DNA of 64,000 bases from Octopus sinensis. Lineage: Eukaryota. The notes under the pieces were generated by a model, which saw only the letters and a program-made list of their open reading frames with translations, ran no database searches and was not told where the DNA came from. The stretch covers positions 14,074,001-14,138,000 of the forward strand of contig NC_043025.1 of NCBI RefSeq assembly GCF_006345805.1. The letters are read 5' to 3'. The position numbers were made by a program, and so were the translations under genes. Shown here in pieces: positions 61,801-64,000 of this stretch; the first letter of the stretch is position 1, and each line of letters opens with the position of its first letter.

Positions 61801-63252
61801 TTCATCAGTCGTCGGCTGTTTTGTCTACTCCTCATTTCGAGCATTCAACGACAATGCTCGAAATGAGAAGTAGATAGATTCTTTATATATATATATATGT
61901 ATATGCATGTCAGTAGCACAGAGAAGTACTTTTCACTGCTGTGCCCAGTCCATGTGGCTGTAACTAGGGACCACCTGCAACAACGTAATCATAAAACTCA
62001 CCTCCATTACACTTTCTTCATTTTCTTTCTTCAGTTGTGAAACAGCACTGTCTGTTGATAGAGAACAAAAGCAGAGGGGTCAGTTCGGTCGCATACCCTT
62101 CCCCATCTCTATTTTCAGTGGGGTTGAGGGGGAACTCGAGGGAGATTTGGCTACTATTTTTCACAAGTTCAGAGACAACACAATTCTATATTTCTGTGAT
62201 GAGGAACTTATTCTGCGAGGGATTGCTGAAAAGTTGCTGGTTTTTAAGGACATCACGAAAGGCCTGGTTGGAGGCACAATCTTCCAAGTTCTTTTATAGG
62301 GTTTAGAAAAACTGAAGGACCGCTGCAATAAGTGTGTGAATCTACGCGACTCTACTGCATTAACCAACATCTTGATCTACTACACTATGCCTGTCACGGG
62401 TCACAACAGAGAGAATATTTGGTTTTGTTTTTCTTAATGTTTGTTGGTTATGAATTACTGACAAGGTTGTAGGACATTGCAATCAGCAAATTAGCCATAG
62501 AATAATCCTTTCTACTACAAACACAAAACCTGAAGTTTGGGGGAGGGGGCTAGTTGATCCCATCAACCCCCCAGGGTTTGACTGGTACTATTTTATCAAC
62601 CTGGAAAGGACTGTTGTCCCATCTAGGGGGGGACAACACACTTACATTACAGAATCCAGGGAATTAGCCTTATGAGCCTAGAGCTTGGTAAGGCCCTTGA
62701 GGCATTGGCTTTAGTGGTCAAGATATTCAACTCAAGATCCTAAGATTGGGGTTTCAATTCCTGGACTGAGCAACTGATTGTGTTCTTGAGCAAAACATTT
62801 CACTTCACGTTGCTCCAGTCCAAATGAAAAAACCAGGGACAGACCAGGGTCCCATCCAGGGAGGATAATATAACCCGATAAACTGGCCCTTATCAGCTTG
62901 TGGCACAGCAAGGACCTTTGATTCCATCATATATCCACAGCCTACCAGATACCCTCGCTCTAATATGTACCCTCTCCTATCACATACACACCCTTACTAT
63001 TAGGTACCCAAAGGTAAGAGGGGGGGGGGGCTGTTTAAAGCTGTACCATTCTAAAGACAGAGACTTACCATCCTCAGAGGTATCAGCATCACCATTGGCT
63101 AACAAGTGGCCAGCTGGGGCATTTTTCTGAGCTAATTGCTCCTCGAGGGCCTTGACCTTCTCCAGAAGTTCCTTGTTTTCTTTCGATAGAGATTCTGTTA
63201 AAGAACTGGAGTTTTCTTTTAACCGGCTGTTTTCTTTCTGAAGTTGTTTCAT
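47271..63252 (-). CDS. CLIP1: CLIP-170 (CAP-Gly domain-containing linker protein 1 / restin) orthologue, last five coding exons, 5' part outside window: join(63252-63069,62051-62002,59862-59744,59123-58960,47317-47271)
   Basis: Phase-consistent splicing gives a coiled coil followed by [19 protein letters not shown]...[24 protein letters not shown]. This is the diagnostic CLIP-170 C-terminus: two CCHC zinc knuckles plus a terminal ETF motif. Confidence 0.93.
47612..47975 (+). mobile_element. Non-autonomous Helitron-like element, 3' terminus degraded
   Basis: A|TCtttatatataaaag start; homologous to 12495-12828. Confidence 0.65.
49013..49395 (+). mobile_element. SINE family A, near full length
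   Basis: Matches the family A consensus from head to tail. Confidence 0.85.
49960..50430. repeat. Degenerate (CA)n-rich region
   Basis: Direct inspection. Confidence 0.85.
53322..53630. repeat. 24-bp minisatellite (about 13 copies)
   Basis: Unit aatagcatagcaattagccctaac; ORF reads (SPNNSIAI)n. Confidence 0.95.
53846..54174. repeat. 173-bp-period tandem duplication
   Basis: atgcaggggattttt at 53846 and 54019, both ending tattattattgtatatataaca. Confidence 0.9.
56519..56600 (+). ncRNA. Minimal type I hammerhead ribozyme motif
   Basis: ttccc-CTGATGA(56524-30)-[agg...cct stem II]-GAAA(56584-87)-tggcca-TA-gggaa: intact core, 5-bp stem I, palindromic stem III. Confidence 0.7.
57600..58617. repeat. 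Tandem array of the same 125-bp unit as 8225-9992, opposite orientation (about 8 copies)
   Basis: Unit is the reverse complement of the nrf-6 intron array unit. Confidence 0.95.
58960..59123 (-). CDS. CLIP1: CLIP1 zinc-knuckle exon
   Basis: TTTTCCAG|G; [55 protein letters not shown]; donor G|GTAGGT, phase 1. Confidence 0.95.
59230..59715 (-). mobile_element. Family B element with internal repeats in the CLIP1 intron preceding the zinc-knuckle exon
   Basis: gagtggttggcgttaggaagggcatccagctgtagaaac...catgccagcatggaaaaacagacgttaaatgatgatg. Confidence 0.75.
59744..59862 (-). CDS. CLIP1: CLIP1 exon
   Basis: TTTTCCAG|ATT; [39 protein letters not shown]; donor AG|GTAACC, phase 2. Confidence 0.88.
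60100..60600. repeat. Minisatellite (about 30 bp, cccacaacactaaaacgctatcctcacaacat)
   Basis: Direct inspection. Confidence 0.9.
60640..61390. mobile_element. Highly degraded retroelement-like remnant ending in a decayed hammerhead motif
   Basis: Stop-ridden, non-repetitive segment followed by CCGATGA...GAAAcagctgTA; a Penelope-like origin is inferred only. Confidence 0.3.
62002..62051 (-). CDS. CLIP1: CLIP1 short coiled-coil exon (50 bp)
   Basis: TATCAACAG|AC; [17 protein letters not shown]; donor |GTGAGT. It bridges the phase 1 donor to the phase 0 acceptor of the next exon. Confidence 0.82.
62259..62347 (+). mobile_element. mariner/Tc1 transposase C-terminal fragment
   Basis: [14 protein letters not shown] / (frameshift) [16 protein letters not shown] resembles the mariner terminus W...Q..EFY..GI.KL..RW.KC. 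Confidence 0.55.
63069..63252 (-). CDS. CLIP1: CLIP1 coiled-coil exon
   Basis: TTTGCAG|ATG; [43 protein letters not shown]...DTSED; donor G|GTAAGT, phase 1. Confidence 0.88.
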
Positions 63253-64000
63253 CTGCAAAGAACCAAAAAAAACCATAAGAAAATTATAAACCAAAAAAAC
63301 AAATAAACAGGAGCAGACGGGTGATCCCTTATGAAGATCTTAACGTTTCCAGGGGACCCAGGCATGGCTGTGTGGTAAGAAGCTTGCTTCCCAGTGACAC
63401 GGTTCTGGGTTCAGTTCCACAGCATGGCACCTTGGGCAAGGGTCTTCTACTATAGCCTCAGGCTAACCGAAGCCTTGTGAGTGGACTTGGTAGATGGAAA
63501 CCGAAAGAAGCCCATCATATAGCAAGTGTCTTCTACTAAACCCTTGCGAGTGGACTTGGTAGATGGAAACTGAAAGAAGCCCATCATATATATCGTCATC
63601 ATTGCTTGATGTCCGCTTTCCCTGCTGGCATGAGCTGGACGGTTTGACATGGAACTGGCCAGCAAAGAGCTGTCCAGACTCCAACCGTCTGTTGGGGCAG
63701 GGTTTCTGTGACTGGATGCCCTTCCTTTTAAGATCTTTGTAATGTGTGTGTGTGTGTGGGGGGGATCTCCCACCATCACTTGAAAACCAGTGTTGGTGTG
63801 TTTACATCCCTCTAACTTAGTGGTTCAGCATAAGTGACCAATAGAATAAGTACCAGGTTTTAAAACCAAAGGAGTACTGGGGTCAATTTATTTGACCAAT
63901 GTCCTTGAAGGTGGTGCCCCAGCATGGCCATAGTCAAATGACTAAAACAAATACTCTTTTGTTCTTTTACTTGTTTCAGTTATTTGACTGTGGCCATACT

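Overview
Eukaryotic, repeat-rich genomic DNA with spliceosomal introns. The SINE families and microsatellite load point to a coleoid cephalopod, most likely Octopus (inference). No prokaryotic features are present. Two protein-coding genes were reconstructed by hand on the minus strand, with consistent GT-AG phases. (1) An NRF-6/OACYL-like acyltransferase-3 membrane protein: 12 exons from the ATG at 18201 down to 1408, continuing past the left edge. (2) The 3' part of a CLIP-170/CLIP1 gene: coiled-coil exons at 63252-59744, the zinc-knuckle exon 59123-58960 and the canonical last exon 47317-47271 ending ...DVDETF*. The best novel candidate is a phase-compatible alternative last exon of CLIP1 (37730-37177). 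It would break the second zinc knuckle, drop the ETF motif, add about 180 acidic/Pro-rich residues and end in a CaaX box (CIIC), suggesting a possibly prenylated, membrane-anchored CLIP-170. Weaker phase-1 exon candidates in the same region include a transmembrane-like cassette. Other notable items are an intact-looking minimal type I hammerhead ribozyme (56519-56600), a 185-bp-arm palindrome (23181-23564), a three-C2H2-finger LINE 3' end, and tandem arrays grown from interspersed repeats. All isoform claims are inferences that need RNA evidence.
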